From Actinomycetota bacterium (lineage in GTDB: Bacteria; Actinomycetota; UBA4738; HRBIN12), in the NCBI GenBank assembly GCA_036280655.1, contig DASUQI010000010.1, forward strand, positions 13,104 through 77,103: DNA of 64,000 bases, in the 5' to 3' direction. Positions within the stretch are counted from its first letter, which is position 1. Each line of letters starts with the position of its first letter. The notes below the pieces were generated by a model. That model searched no databases. It had not been told where the DNA came from and saw only the letters and a list, made by a program, of their open reading frames with translations. Position numbers and translations under genes: made by a program. This document shows positions 36,064 through 44,822 of this stretch, piece by piece.

Positions 36064-36685
36064 GCCGGCAGCGGGATCCGCGCCTGCTGGAGCTGCAGCG
36101 TGAAGTCGTGCGGGTTCGAGCTTGCGCCGAGGGCCGCCTCGACCGAGACCTTCCCGGCCTTCACGAGACCGAGCAGGCTCTGGTCGAACGTGCTCAGCAC
36201 GAGGCCGCGCGGCTCGTCGGCAAGCTGGCTGATCACGTCGGGCAGCCCCATCTCGTCGAAACCCGGGCCGCCGAACCGCAGCTTGCGAGCACCGCCGAGT
36301 ACGAGCCGCGCTGCCGGAACGCGTTCACCCGGAACCGACCGACGCCCGCGAGCGAGTACGCGAAGTCGATCTCGCCCGATGTCTCGAGCCGCTCACGCCG
36401 TTCGGGCGGGACGATCGCCTCGACGATCGTGGTCGCCTCGTCGTTGCCGAGCGGCGCGTGGTCGAGCGGGATCAGCGCGCCCGCGTCGCGGATCTTCGGC
36501 GGCGTGCCGACCTTGATGTGCAGGTCCGAGGCCTCGCGGCGGACGACCTCAGCGAGCCACGCATCGAACTCGTCGAGCACGGTCTGGCCGGGTCGTTCGT
36601 GGATCTCGGCGAGGTGGACGGTGTCACGGTCGTGAGCCTGATGCTGGGTCGGGCCGTCGCCCTCGGGCCGGTCTGGTTCGATCAT
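36060..36685 (-). pseudogene. pilT: pilT (type IV pilus retraction ATPase) remnant - internally deleted and frameshifted
   Basis: ORF 36233..36685 encodes the PilT N-domain (ASDLHIKVGTPPKIR ... GEIDFAYSLAGVGRFRVNAFRQRGSYSAV). ORF 36060..36251, in another frame, encodes the segment just before Walker A (GLPDVISQLADEPRGLVL) fused directly to the PilT C-terminus (STFDQSLLGLVKAGKVS...). The ~180-aa ATPase core (Walker A/B, His box) is absent. Confidence 0.7.
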
Positions 36686-36765
36686 GCCCTGTCCTCCTCA
36701 CCCGGGTCAGCTCGTGCGGTAGGTCTATCGGACGACCCGGGGGCCTCCCTGAGCGGGGAGCCCGA

Positions 36766-37446
36766 TCAGGCGCGGCGGGCCGAGAACCTGCAGGTCGCGC
36801 GCTCGGTGAGGGGCGCGAACTCCTTCAGCTCGAGCGGCGGCGAAAGCGCCCCCAGCATCCCCTCGAGGAGGCCCTTGTGGACTGCGCACACGAGCTCGCG
36901 ATGGTCCTCGAGCAGCTCGCGGAACGGGCAGTCGCGGAGCGTGACCTCGACGGCACCCCCGTCCTCGCGGCGGAACCGCGGATCGAACCCGGCGGAGGCC
37001 ATCGCCTCCTGCAGCACGGCGAGGTTGTGGCGCGCCGCAGCACGCGTCCCCGGCTTCGGGCCACCGCGGATCGCGAGGTAGCGTCCCCACTCCTTCGCGA
37101 GGTCGGCGGCGCGGGTCCGCGACCTCGCGCCCGCGGCGAGGCCGGCGAGGATCTCGGCGAGCAGGCGGAAGTCGCGGTTCTCGCGTTCGGCAGTCTCGAG
37201 CGCGACGTAGAGCGTCTGCGGCCGGCCGACCGAGCTCCCCCGCCGGATCTCGCGCCGGACCAGCCCGGCCTCCTCGAGCCGTCGCAGGTGCGGGCGGAGC
37301 GTGTTCGGATGCAGCGAGAGCCGCGTGGCGAGCTCGCGGACGGACACGGCGCGTCCCGACAGGCCGAGGTACCGATACAGGCGGAAGCGCGTGTCGTCGG
37401 CGAGTGCCTTGTGGATCTCGAGCGCGGTGGCCTCACGCGTGGGCAT
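36766..37446 (-). CDS. HTH transcriptional regulator (ArsR-like winged helix plus C-terminal domain)
   Basis: N-terminal wHTH (IHKALADDTRFRLYRYL...SVRELATRLSLHPNTLRPHLRRLEEAGLV). Divergent from mrp; the palindrome GGCGTCGACGCC lies in the shared promoter region. Confidence 0.65.
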   Translation of the reverse strand: MPTREATALEIHKALADDTRFRLYRYLGLSGRAVSVRELATRLSLHPNTLRPHLRRLEEAGLVRREIRRGSSVGRPQTLYVALETAERENRDFRLLAEILAGLAAGARSRTRAADLAKEWGRYLAIRGGPKPGTRAAARHNLAVLQEAMASAGFDPRFRREDGGAVEVTLRDCPFRELLEDHRELVCAVHKGLLEGMLGALSPPLELKEFAPLTERATCRFSARRA

Positions 37447-37477
37447 CGCGGGCTCCGAGCACGTGCGGCCGAACGGA

Positions 37478-37489
37478 GGCGTCGACGCC
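37478..37489. promoter_or_regulatory. Perfect 12-bp palindrome GGCGTCGACGCC in divergent ArsR-like regulator / mrp promoter region (candidate operator)
   Basis: ggcgtc|gacgcc is exact, positioned about 30 bp upstream of the regulator's start codon. Confidence 0.4.
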
Positions 37490-37576
37490 TACCGACGCCC
37501 CGCGTACCATGGGAGTAAGCACGGTCCGCACCGTGGGAATCAGGATAATCCCGCTCGAACCAGGGAGGTCACCCCG

Positions 37577-38731
37577 TTGGTCACCGAGGACCAGGTCAGA
37601 CAGGCCCTCCGAGGCGTCATGGACCCCGAGATCGGCCGCCCGATCGAGGACCTCGGCATGCTGCGCGGGATCCAGATCGAGGAGGGCGGGCTCGTCCGTG
37701 TGCACGTCCTCATCACGATCGAGGGCTGCCCGCTCAAGGACCGGATCACGAGCGACGTGACCGCGGCGCTCGCGCCGATCGAGGGCGTCGAAAACGTCGA
37801 GGTCGCGCTCGCGCCGATGAGCGAAGAGCAGCGCGCCTCCCTCGTCGCGACGCTCCGGGGCGGCGAGGCGCAGCCCCAGCAGCAGAAGACGTTCTTCGCG
37901 GGCTCCGACACGACGGTGATCGCTGTCGCCTCGGGCAAGGGCGGCGTCGGCAAGTCGAGCGTCACGGTGAACCTCGCGTGCGCGCTCGCCGCCGAGGGCC
38001 ACCGCGTGGGGGTGCTCGACGCCGACGTCTGGGGGTTCAGCGTCCCGCGGATGATGGGCGTGACCGGCAAGCCGGTCGGGTTCAACGACATGATCCTGCC
38101 GCTCGAGTCGCACGGCGTGAAGGTGATCTCGATGGGGTTCTTCGTCCCCGAGGAGACGCCGGTGATCTGGCGCGGCCCGATGCTCCACAAGGCGATCGAG
38201 CAGTTCCTCGGCGACGTCTACTGGGGCGAACTCGACTTCCTGCTCTGCGACCTCCCGCCCGGCACCGGCGACGTCTCGATCAGCCTCGCGTCGTTCCTGC
38301 CGGGCGCGACGATGCTCGTCGTCACGACCCCGCAGGAGGCGGCGCGCAAGGTGGCCGAACGCGCGGGCAAGATGGCCGAGCGGACGAACCTCCGGCCGAT
38401 CGGCGTGATCGAGAACATGTCGTGGTACGTCTGCCCGCACTGCGGCGAACGCGAGTTTATCTTCGGGACCGGTGGCGGCGACGAGGCGGCCGAGACCCTC
38501 GGCGTGCCGCTCCTCGCGCAGGTGCCGCTGGTCACCGAGCTCCGCGACGGCGGCGACCGCGGCAAGCCGATCGTGGTGAACGATCCCGACGGGCCTGCGA
38601 GCGTGGCGCTCCGCGACGCGGCCCGGAAGATCGCGCAGGAGACGCGGTCGAAGGTTCGCAAGCCGCTGCCGCTGATGGCCAAGCCCGGCGCGCCCGTCAC
38701 CGCCGGTGGGCACCACGGCCACGCCCACTGA
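37577..38731 (+). CDS. apbC: Mrp/ApbC/NBP35-family Fe-S cluster carrier ATPase
   Basis: DUF59-like N-domain, Walker A (ASGKGGVGKSSVT), CxxC (CPHCGE). TTG start at 37577 lies 8 nt after cagggagg. Confidence 0.85.
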   Translation: MVTEDQVRQALRGVMDPEIGRPIEDLGMLRGIQIEEGGLVRVHVLITIEGCPLKDRITSDVTAALAPIEGVENVEVALAPMSEEQRASLVATLRGGEAQPQQQKTFFAGSDTTVIAVASGKGGVGKSSVTVNLACALAAEGHRVGVLDADVWGFSVPRMMGVTGKPVGFNDMILPLESHGVKVISMGFFVPEETPVIWRGPMLHKAIEQFLGDVYWGELDFLLCDLPPGTGDVSISLASFLPGATMLVVTTPQEAARKVAERAGKMAERTNLRPIGVIENMSWYVCPHCGEREFIFGTGGGDEAAETLGVPLLAQVPLVTELRDGGDRGKPIVVNDPDGPASVALRDAARKIAQETRSKVRKPLPLMAKPGAPVTAGGHHGHAH

Positions 38732-39156
38732 TCGACGTTCCCCAGGCGGCAAGGAGGTCCCCGCCGGGCCCGAGGCGCGGTTCGCGTGCGCCTGGTGCGG
38801 CGCGACCGCCGCGATCGTCCGCGCCGTCCCGGCCGGTCACCGCGTGGGCTTCGACCGGCCGTCGGGCTCGGACACGTACGCGCAAGACGGCGTCTACGTC
38901 CGGTTCCTCGGAGAGCAGTGGACGGCGGTGGAGGATCCCGACGTACCGGCGACTGACCACGGTGCTCGCCGCGCCCGACGTCGATGCCTCGGCCCTCTGG
39001 GCCGGGTTCCCGGCGCTGGCGCGCTTCCGGTGCCCGGCGTGCGAGAGGTGCTACTGCGCCGCGCACTGGGTCGAGGTGCCGGTCTTCGACGATGGGTTCT
39101 ACGACTTCACGACGGGGACCTGCCCGCGGGGCCACGAGGCGATGATCGACGACTGA
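38706..39156 (+). pseudogene. Zinc-ribbon protein gene, apparently frameshifted (two CxxC halves in different frames)
   Basis: Frame A (from 38706) encodes ...ARFACAWCGATAAIV...YVRFLGEQWTAVEDPD. A different frame from ~38940 encodes ...ALARFRCPACERCYCAAHWVEVPVFDDGFYDFTTGTCPRGHEAMIDD and ends at 39156. The switch is near 38935-38950. It could equally be a sequencing error, or only the second half may be the real gene. Confidence 0.3.
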
Positions 39157-39159
39157 GGG

Positions 39160-40110
39160 CTATGGCTCGGAGAGCTCCTCCGTCTGCGGGCCGACGTCCC
39201 CCTCGGCGGGACGGCCGCCCTCGGGTCCCCTCGGTCGCATCGCCCAGATGATCAGCGTGACGATGCAGACGATCGACACGGTCAGTCCCGTCCACTGGCT
39301 CCCGGTGAGGCCGAAGACCTGTTTGTCGACGCGCAGGAAATCCTCGACGACGCGGACGAGTCCGTAGATCGCGCCGAACGTGAGCGTGAGGACCCCGAGC
39401 CGCCGCGGCTGCCGCGACATCGCGTACAGGATCAGGAACAGCACGGTCGCGAGGAACATGTCGTAGAGCGCGGTCTGGTGGACGCCGACGCCGGTCGAGA
39501 GCACCTGGCCCGACGCCGAGGTCAGCGTCGCGTTCGCGTGCGAGATCGTGAGGACCTGGCCCTGCTCCAGGGTCGTCCGGCAGGTGTCGGCGACGCACGA
39601 GAACCCCGCCGGCGTGCCGCCCTCGTATTGGAACGCGAGGAGCCAGCTCGTCGGCTTGCCGAAGTGGTCCCCGATGATCAGGTCGCCGATCCGGCCGAAC
39701 GCGATCCCGAACGCGAGACCGATCACCGCGCCGTCCATCACCTGGAAGAACGACAGGTGGAACTTGCGCATGATCGGGATGTTGATGAGCACCGCGCCCG
39801 CGATCCCGCCGAGGAGCGTGAGCCCCCCGTTCCACAGCGCGAGCATGTCCCCGATGCCGTCGAACTCGGAGAAGTGGCCGATCACGTAGAACAGCCGAGC
39901 GCCGATGATCGTCCCGATCAGCGCCCAGAACACCATCGTGTTGATCTGGTCGACCGTGACGCCGCGCTTCGGCCCCTCGTGCTGAAGGATCCACGCGCCG
40001 AACAGGAACCCGACCGCGATGCCGATCCCGTGCGGGCTGATCGCGAAGTCTCCGAACAGGTGGATGCGGTCGAGGACGGGCCAGCCGATCGAAGCGAGCA
40101 CGCCGCTCAC
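39160..40110 (-). CDS. lgt: Prolipoprotein diacylglyceryl transferase
   Basis: Lgt blocks (GARLFYV, GGLTLLGG, GRIGDLIIGDHFGKPT). Start trimmed to GTG 40108-40110; the 65 upstream codons in the track ORF are R/S/T/P-rich junk. Confidence 0.8.
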   Translation of the reverse strand: MSGVLASIGWPVLDRIHLFGDFAISPHGIGIAVGFLFGAWILQHEGPKRGVTVDQINTMVFWALIGTIIGARLFYVIGHFSEFDGIGDMLALWNGGLTLLGGIAGAVLINIPIMRKFHLSFFQVMDGAVIGLAFGIAFGRIGDLIIGDHFGKPTSWLLAFQYEGGTPAGFSCVADTCRTTLEQGQVLTISHANATLTSASGQVLSTGVGVHQTALYDMFLATVLFLILYAMSRQPRRLGVLTLTFGAIYGLVRVVEDFLRVDKQVFGLTGSQWTGLTVSIVCIVTLIIWAMRPRGPEGGRPAEGDVGPQTEELSEP

Positions 40111-40120
40111 GTGGCCGAGT

Positions 40121-40705
40121 CTATCGGCGCTCGTCGAACAGGGAGGCGACGGCCCGTCCGAGCAGCAGCCCGCCGGCGACGTCCGCCGGGTAGTGGACGC
40201 CGAGGTACGGTCGGGACGCGCCAACCGCGCCGGCCAGCGCGTCGAGTCCGAGCCGCGCCGAGGCGCTCGCCTCGAGCTCGTCGGCGGCCACCGTCGTGAA
40301 GGCAAGCAGGACGGCCGGGTGGGTGCTCGGCCAGGAGGAGCCGTTCGGCCGCGCGATGCGGCGGTTGGTGCCCTCGGGATCGGCGTCCGACGGGCGCGGA
40401 CGGTCGAACACCCGCTTCAGGCCCTGGCCGGCGAGCCAGGCGATCCCGGCGGCAGCCATCCCTCGCGCCGCGGCCCTCCGGCGGCCCGAGGCGGCGAGCA
40501 CCGCCGCGGCGCCGGCCGACGCCCAGATCGAGCCCAGCTCCGTGATCCCGCCGAAGACCCGGTCGGTCGCCGGCCCCCGGTCGCGGTTCGCGGCGCGGAA
40601 GGCCTCCTCGTCGAGCTCGCGGCCGCGCCCGGCCGAGCTCCACGCACCGACCGCGAGCGCCCCGCCGACGAGGGCGGCAGCTCGGACCACCGAGCGAGCG
40701 TTCAT
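40121..40705 (-). CDS. PAP2-family lipid phosphatase
   Basis: KRVFDRPRP (KxxxxxxRP), SSWPSTH (PSGH-like), GVHYPADV (HxxxD) - the tripartite PAP2 signature. Immediately upstream of lgt. Confidence 0.7.
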   Translation of the reverse strand: MNARSVVRAAALVGGALAVGAWSSAGRGRELDEEAFRAANRDRGPATDRVFGGITELGSIWASAGAAAVLAASGRRRAAARGMAAAGIAWLAGQGLKRVFDRPRPSDADPEGTNRRIARPNGSSWPSTHPAVLLAFTTVAADELEASASARLGLDALAGAVGASRPYLGVHYPADVAGGLLLGRAVASLFDERR

Positions 40706-40796
40706 CCGGTGGATGATGCGAGGATACGGGCGTCCGTGTCACGCGGGTGCGTCGGCGCGACGCTCCCGGTGAACCGAGCGAGCGAAGGAGCGGGCG

Positions 40797-41117
40797 ATGC
40801 GCAGGGAGGACGACTCGGAACCTCGGGGCGAGCGGAACGACCCCGGGGGAGGCCGCAGCCAGCCGATCGAGGAGCCGCCCCCGAGCATCACCCCCCGACG
40901 GGTCGTGATCGTGCTCCTCGCGATCCTGCTGCTGATCTTCGCGGTCGTGAACTTCGACCCCGTGAACGTGAACTTCCTCGCGTTCGACACCGACGCGCGC
41001 CTGTTCACCGTGATCGTGGTCTCGGCCGCGCTCGGGTTCGCGATCGGCTACTTCGTCGGCCGGCCGAGCCGGGAGGAACGGCGAATCCTGCGGCGGCGCG
41101 ACCGACGGGGCGACTAG
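40797..41117 (+). CDS. Small membrane protein, DUF1049/LapA-like
   Basis: VVIVLLAILLLIFAVVNFDPVNVNFLAFDTDARLFTVIVVSAALGFAIGYFVG - a two-helix LapA-like core with a charged tail. Confidence 0.6.
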   Translation: MRREDDSEPRGERNDPGGGRSQPIEEPPPSITPRRVVIVLLAILLLIFAVVNFDPVNVNFLAFDTDARLFTVIVVSAALGFAIGYFVGRPSREERRILRRRDRRGD

Positions 41118-41581
41118 CGGGGGTCACCTCCGCGGTATCGCTCCTCGATCTCCTGCTTCTGCGCGAGCGTCCCGTGGCGGAGCGCGAGGTGCGCGCCGCC
41201 GAAGCGCCCGAGGCTCCGCGCCGCGAGCTCGCCGAGCGGACCGCCGCGGAACCGATAGTCGATCACGTGTTCCAGCAGGCTCCGGTCGCCGGCGAGCGCC
41301 TCGACCGACGACGTCACGGTGGCGTCGAGCAACCCCGTGAGCCGGATCTTCGAGCGGTGCGGCGGGTCCCATTCGAGCACCTCTCCCTCGACGGTCGAGC
41401 GGAACGCCATGAAGCGCATCTCGGTCGTGTAGTGGGTGCCCTCGTGGAGGCCATCGGCCGGCACGCCGTCGACCCGGACGATGTGTCGGTCCCAGTGCGG
41501 CAGGTTCCGCGGGTCCGAGATCACCTCCCAGACCTCCTCGGGCGGCGCGTCGATCACGATGTCGAACTCGACGAGCGTCAT
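41114..41581 (-). CDS. SRPBCC (START/Bet v1-like, polyketide cyclase-type) protein
   Basis: 155 aa; MTLVEFDIVIDAPPEEVWEVISDPRNLPHWD is typical of SRPBCC. Its start overlaps the upstream gene's stop. Confidence 0.7.
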   Translation of the reverse strand: MTLVEFDIVIDAPPEEVWEVISDPRNLPHWDRHIVRVDGVPADGLHEGTHYTTEMRFMAFRSTVEGEVLEWDPPHRSKIRLTGLLDATVTSSVEALAGDRSLLEHVIDYRFRGGPLGELAARSLGRFGGAHLALRHGTLAQKQEIEERYRGGDPR

Positions 41582-42534
41582 CCCAGCGTCACCGTCCCGG
41601 AGTCCCAGCCCCGCCACCAGACGAGGCGTTCGGCGTCGATGCCGACGACGGCGGCCGACGCCGGGTCCGCGCCCGCCGCCCGAGCGAGTCTCACCACGGA
41701 CCGCAGGCCGGACTCGAGCGCGCCCGGGATGGCGGTGCGTCCCAGCCCGCAGATCATCGTCCCTACCATCTCTCGCGCGCGCCAGGACGAGGGACGGTCG
41801 ACGCAGAGCGCGGCCGGGGCAACCGGCCCAGCGCCGGCGGCCGTGACCACCTCGGCGTTGAGGACCGCGTAGACCCCAGGGCCCTCGAGCACCCATCTCG
41901 CGGGCAGGACGACCGGGCCGTCGTCGGTCGCGAGCGCGAGCGCGCCGGGCCCGGCGTCGCCGAGCGCGCCGGCGAGCCGAGGCTCGAGCGCGTCGAACAC
42001 TCCCGCCCCGGCCTTCGGCACGCGGAAACGCTCGACCCCGTCCCCCTCGTCGCCCCACTCCCCCCACGCGCTCGCGATGCGATCGCCCTCGATCACCGCC
42101 GAACGCTCGATCCGAAGCTCCGCGAACACGCGGCCCGGCGGCGTCCACGCGAGCGGCACGTGGTTCGCGTCTACGGCGTAGCCGGCGAAGAACCTGGCGT
42201 TCTTCCGCGTGTACCTCGCGGCGGCGAGCGCGATCACCGGGCTCTCGCGGAACGACCGACCCCAGCTCTCGGGATCGAGGAGGTCGTAGGTCGCCGCGGT
42301 CCCGGTGAAGATCGCCGCACGCTCCCCCACGCGGACCAGTCCGGCCACGCGAGGATCATGCGCCCACGCACTCGCCTTCACCGAGCCGCGCGACGTCGTC
42401 ACCCACACGCGGTCGCCGGCCTCGGCGAACACCATCGGCGTCACGTGCGGCCCGAACCGCGTGGACGTCGCCACGTGACAGAAGGAACCCTGCGCGAGCA
42501 GCTCGCGGACCGGCGCGGGGACCGGATCGCTCAC
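41578..42534 (-). CDS. Tandem split-barrel (pyridoxamine-5'-phosphate-oxidase-like / F420-dependent reductase-like) protein
   Basis: Two PPOX-like halves (GSFCHVATSTRFGPHVTPMVF...; ALATDDGPVVLPARWVL...). The GTG start overlaps the CPBP stop (GTGA at 42531-42534). About 590 R-rich upstream codons in the track ORF are rejected. Confidence 0.65.
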   Translation of the reverse strand: MSDPVPAPVRELLAQGSFCHVATSTRFGPHVTPMVFAEAGDRVWVTTSRGSVKASAWAHDPRVAGLVRVGERAAIFTGTAATYDLLDPESWGRSFRESPVIALAAARYTRKNARFFAGYAVDANHVPLAWTPPGRVFAELRIERSAVIEGDRIASAWGEWGDEGDGVERFRVPKAGAGVFDALEPRLAGALGDAGPGALALATDDGPVVLPARWVLEGPGVYAVLNAEVVTAAGAGPVAPAALCVDRPSSWRAREMVGTMICGLGRTAIPGALESGLRSVVRLARAAGADPASAAVVGIDAERLVWWRGWDSGTVTLG

Positions 42535-43154
42535 GCGGACGGTTCCGCCTCGCGCACCACCGGCACGGCGATCATCAGACCCGTCCACAGGACGTGGCAC
42601 GCGAGCGGCGCGAGGATCCCGCCGCTCCACCACGCGAGCGCCACCCACACCCCGCCGCCGACGATCGCCCCCGCCGCGATCGCCAGGTTCGCGCTCGGCA
42701 GGTTCGCGAGCACGAACGCGAGCCACGCGAGGACGGGAGCCCACCCGCTGCCGTCGAGCGCCTTCGTGAGCTCCCCCTGGAACAGCCCGCGCCAGAACAA
42801 CTCCTCCCCCGGCACGGAGATCGCGATCGAGAGCAGCAGGGCCGCCACGAGCGAGAGCCCGCCCTGCTTCCGGTACATCTCGACCGAGTGGCGGCGGAAC
42901 GTCTCCCACCGGCCGATGATCAGGATCGCTTCCCGCGTGGCCACGTACAGCGCGAGCCCGGCGGCGAGGCCGAGGGTGAGCGACACGATCGCGCTCACAT
43001 CGGGCGACCACGCCGGCGGCCCCAGCAGGAGCGCGGTGACCCCCATCGCGCCGAGGACCGGCGGCATCGTCTTCCAGATGTTCCGGCCGCGGGCGACGAG
43101 GCTCCACGCGACCATCTCCGCGAGGAGCCCGGCCACCATCGCGACGGCTTCCAT
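42531..43154 (-). CDS. CPBP-family intramembrane metalloprotease (CAAX protease/Abi-like)
   Basis: EELFWRGLFQ (EExxxR motif 1) and further TM helices with FxxxH-like elements. 207 aa, multi-TM. Confidence 0.75.
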   Translation of the reverse strand: MEAVAMVAGLLAEMVAWSLVARGRNIWKTMPPVLGAMGVTALLLGPPAWSPDVSAIVSLTLGLAAGLALYVATREAILIIGRWETFRRHSVEMYRKQGGLSLVAALLLSIAISVPGEELFWRGLFQGELTKALDGSGWAPVLAWLAFVLANLPSANLAIAAGAIVGGGVWVALAWWSGGILAPLACHVLWTGLMIAVPVVREAEPSA

Positions 43155-43157
43155 CGG

Positions 43158-43913
43158 TCAGGGGAGGAACGCGACCTTCGCGGCGAACTCGGCCGTGAGC
43201 GCGGTGATGACGGCGAGGTAGAAGAAGCCGGTCGCGGCCTGGACCGCGGACGACCGCGTGCCCTTCAGCGTCGCGCGGATCATCACGGCGATCAGCGCCG
43301 TGGCGCCCACCATCCCGAGCGCGATCCACGACGCGAGCCCCGCCGAGGTGAGCAGCGGGTTGAAGTCCGACGACGCCTCGGTCGGCCCGAACCCGCCGAG
43401 AATCAGCGCCACGGCCTCGAGGCCGACACCGACGAACAGGAAGTTCGTGAAGCGGTTGATCGGCGCGCGCGTGAGTCCCCGGTCGGTGAGGTACCAGTGG
43501 CCGAGCAGCAGCCCGGCGAACACCGCGCCGAGGAAGGCCGCGCCGGCGAGCAGCTGGAGGAACGCGACCGCCCACGACCCCTCGGCGGTTGCGGCCATCG
43601 CGGCGAGCACTGCGATCGAGACCGGGACCGAGGCGATCCCGACGACCCGGGCGGCCGCGTGGCGCTTCGCGAACATCAGCGCCACCCACACGAGGACGAC
43701 GAGCGAGAGCGCGGCGGAGAGCCCGACCGACCACGCGCCGGCGTCGCTCCCCACGGTCGCCCCGGCCGCCGCAGCACCCCACGTCGCGAGCGACAGCGCG
43801 AGGAGGATCGAGCCCGTGAGCGTGAAGAACCCGCGCTTGACCTCGTTCCACAACGGGGTGAGGAACAACAGGACGAGGCCGCCCGCGACCGTCTCCGCGA
43901 GCACCAGGGCCAT
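43158..43913 (-). CDS. Hypothetical polytopic membrane protein (first gene of 4-gene coupled operon)
   Basis: Start trimmed to ATG 43911-43913 (MALVLAETVAGG...). About 7 TM helices, no recognisable motifs. Confidence 0.5.
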   Translation of the reverse strand: MALVLAETVAGGLVLLFLTPLWNEVKRGFFTLTGSILLALSLATWGAAAAGATVGSDAGAWSVGLSAALSLVVLVWVALMFAKRHAAARVVGIASVPVSIAVLAAMAATAEGSWAVAFLQLLAGAAFLGAVFAGLLLGHWYLTDRGLTRAPINRFTNFLFVGVGLEAVALILGGFGPTEASSDFNPLLTSAGLASWIALGMVGATALIAVMIRATLKGTRSSAVQAATGFFYLAVITALTAEFAAKVAFLP

Positions 43914-44012
43914 CACGCCGGCGGGGCCCGTCACTCGCCCACCCACACGCCCGTCATCGCGGGCCAGCCTACCCGCGCCGACGTGTTCGGCCGCACGTTC
44001 GGACCGCGCGCC

Positions 44013-44028
44013 GGTAGGCTTGCCCGTC
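44013..44028 (+). promoter_or_regulatory. 16-nt motif GGTAGGCTTGCCCGTC (copy 2, upstream of methyltransferase; near-leaderless)
   Basis: Exact repeat of copy 1; ATG 44031 follows 2 nt after the motif. A third TAGGCT (47115-47120) sits 8 nt before the GTG of the cupin gene. Confidence 0.4.
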
Positions 44029-44030
44029 AC

Positions 44031-44822
44031 ATGGACGACTGGCGCTCCTACGACGCGGTGGCCGAGACCTACGCGCGGGTCCACGCGCCCCGCCTCGCCG
44101 AGCCCGCCCACGACCTCGTGGAGATCGCGGACGTGCGCGAGGGATGGCGGGTCCTGGACGTCGGGACCGGCACCGGCGTAGCGGCGATCGCGGCCGGGAA
44201 GGCCGGCGCCAGGGCCATCGGCATCGACGAGGCGCAGGAGATGCTCCGCGAGGCCCGCGCCGCCGACGTCGGGCTGCGCCTCGCGGCGGCCGAGGCGATC
44301 GACCTGCCGTTCCGCGACGGGTCGTTCGACGCGGTGCTCGCGAACTTCGTGATCGCGCACTTCGCGAAGTACAAGACGGCCCTGTACGACATGCTCCGCG
44401 TGACGCGGTCGGGCGGCCGGCTCGCCGTCACCGCGTGGGCCGACGGCGCCGACGACCTCACCCGCACCTGGCTCGAGCTCGTGGAGTCGGTCGTCCCGCG
44501 CGAGGTGCTCCAGCCGGCGATGGACGAGCGACTCCCCTGGCGCGAACGCTTTCGGCAACGCGCGCCGCTCGAAGAGGCGCTGATGGAGGCGGGGGTCCGT
44601 CACGTCCGGACCGAGACGCGGAAGTACCGGTTCCAGTACTCGCTCGACGAGTACCTCGAGGGCCTGGGGACGTGGGCGACCGGTCGCTTCGTGCGCTCGA
44701 TGCTCGGCGAGCAGGCGTTCGCCGCGTTCCTCCAGCGGGCGCGCGCGGTGTTCGCCGAGCGGTTCGCCGACCCCGTGAACGACTTCCGCGAGGTGCTGTT
44801 CGCCTCCGGGACGAAGCCCTAG
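44031..44822 (+). CDS. Class I SAM-dependent methyltransferase
   Basis: Motif I (VLDVGTGTGVAAIAAG) and post-I/II blocks. ATG 44031 lies 11 nt downstream of the TAGGCT hexamer. Confidence 0.8.
   Translation: MDDWRSYDAVAETYARVHAPRLAEPAHDLVEIADVREGWRVLDVGTGTGVAAIAAGKAGARAIGIDEAQEMLREARAADVGLRLAAAEAIDLPFRDGSFDAVLANFVIAHFAKYKTALYDMLRVTRSGGRLAVTAWADGADDLTRTWLELVESVVPREVLQPAMDERLPWRERFRQRAPLEEALMEAGVRHVRTETRKYRFQYSLDEYLEGLGTWATGRFVRSMLGEQAFAAFLQRARAVFAERFADPVNDFREVLFASGTKP

Noticed and set aside
40019-41872. 617-aa plus-strand ORF over PAP2/LapA-like/SRPBCC region
   Set aside because: R/P/A/G-rich with no domain; the real genes on both strands have clear motifs (KxxxxxxRP, SRPBCC).
42594-44030. 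N-terminal ~480 codons of the 742-aa ORF containing the methyltransferase
   Set aside because: R/E/D/G low-complexity sequence antisense to the real membrane/CPBP genes. The methyltransferase starts at ATG 44031, right after the TAGGCT motif.
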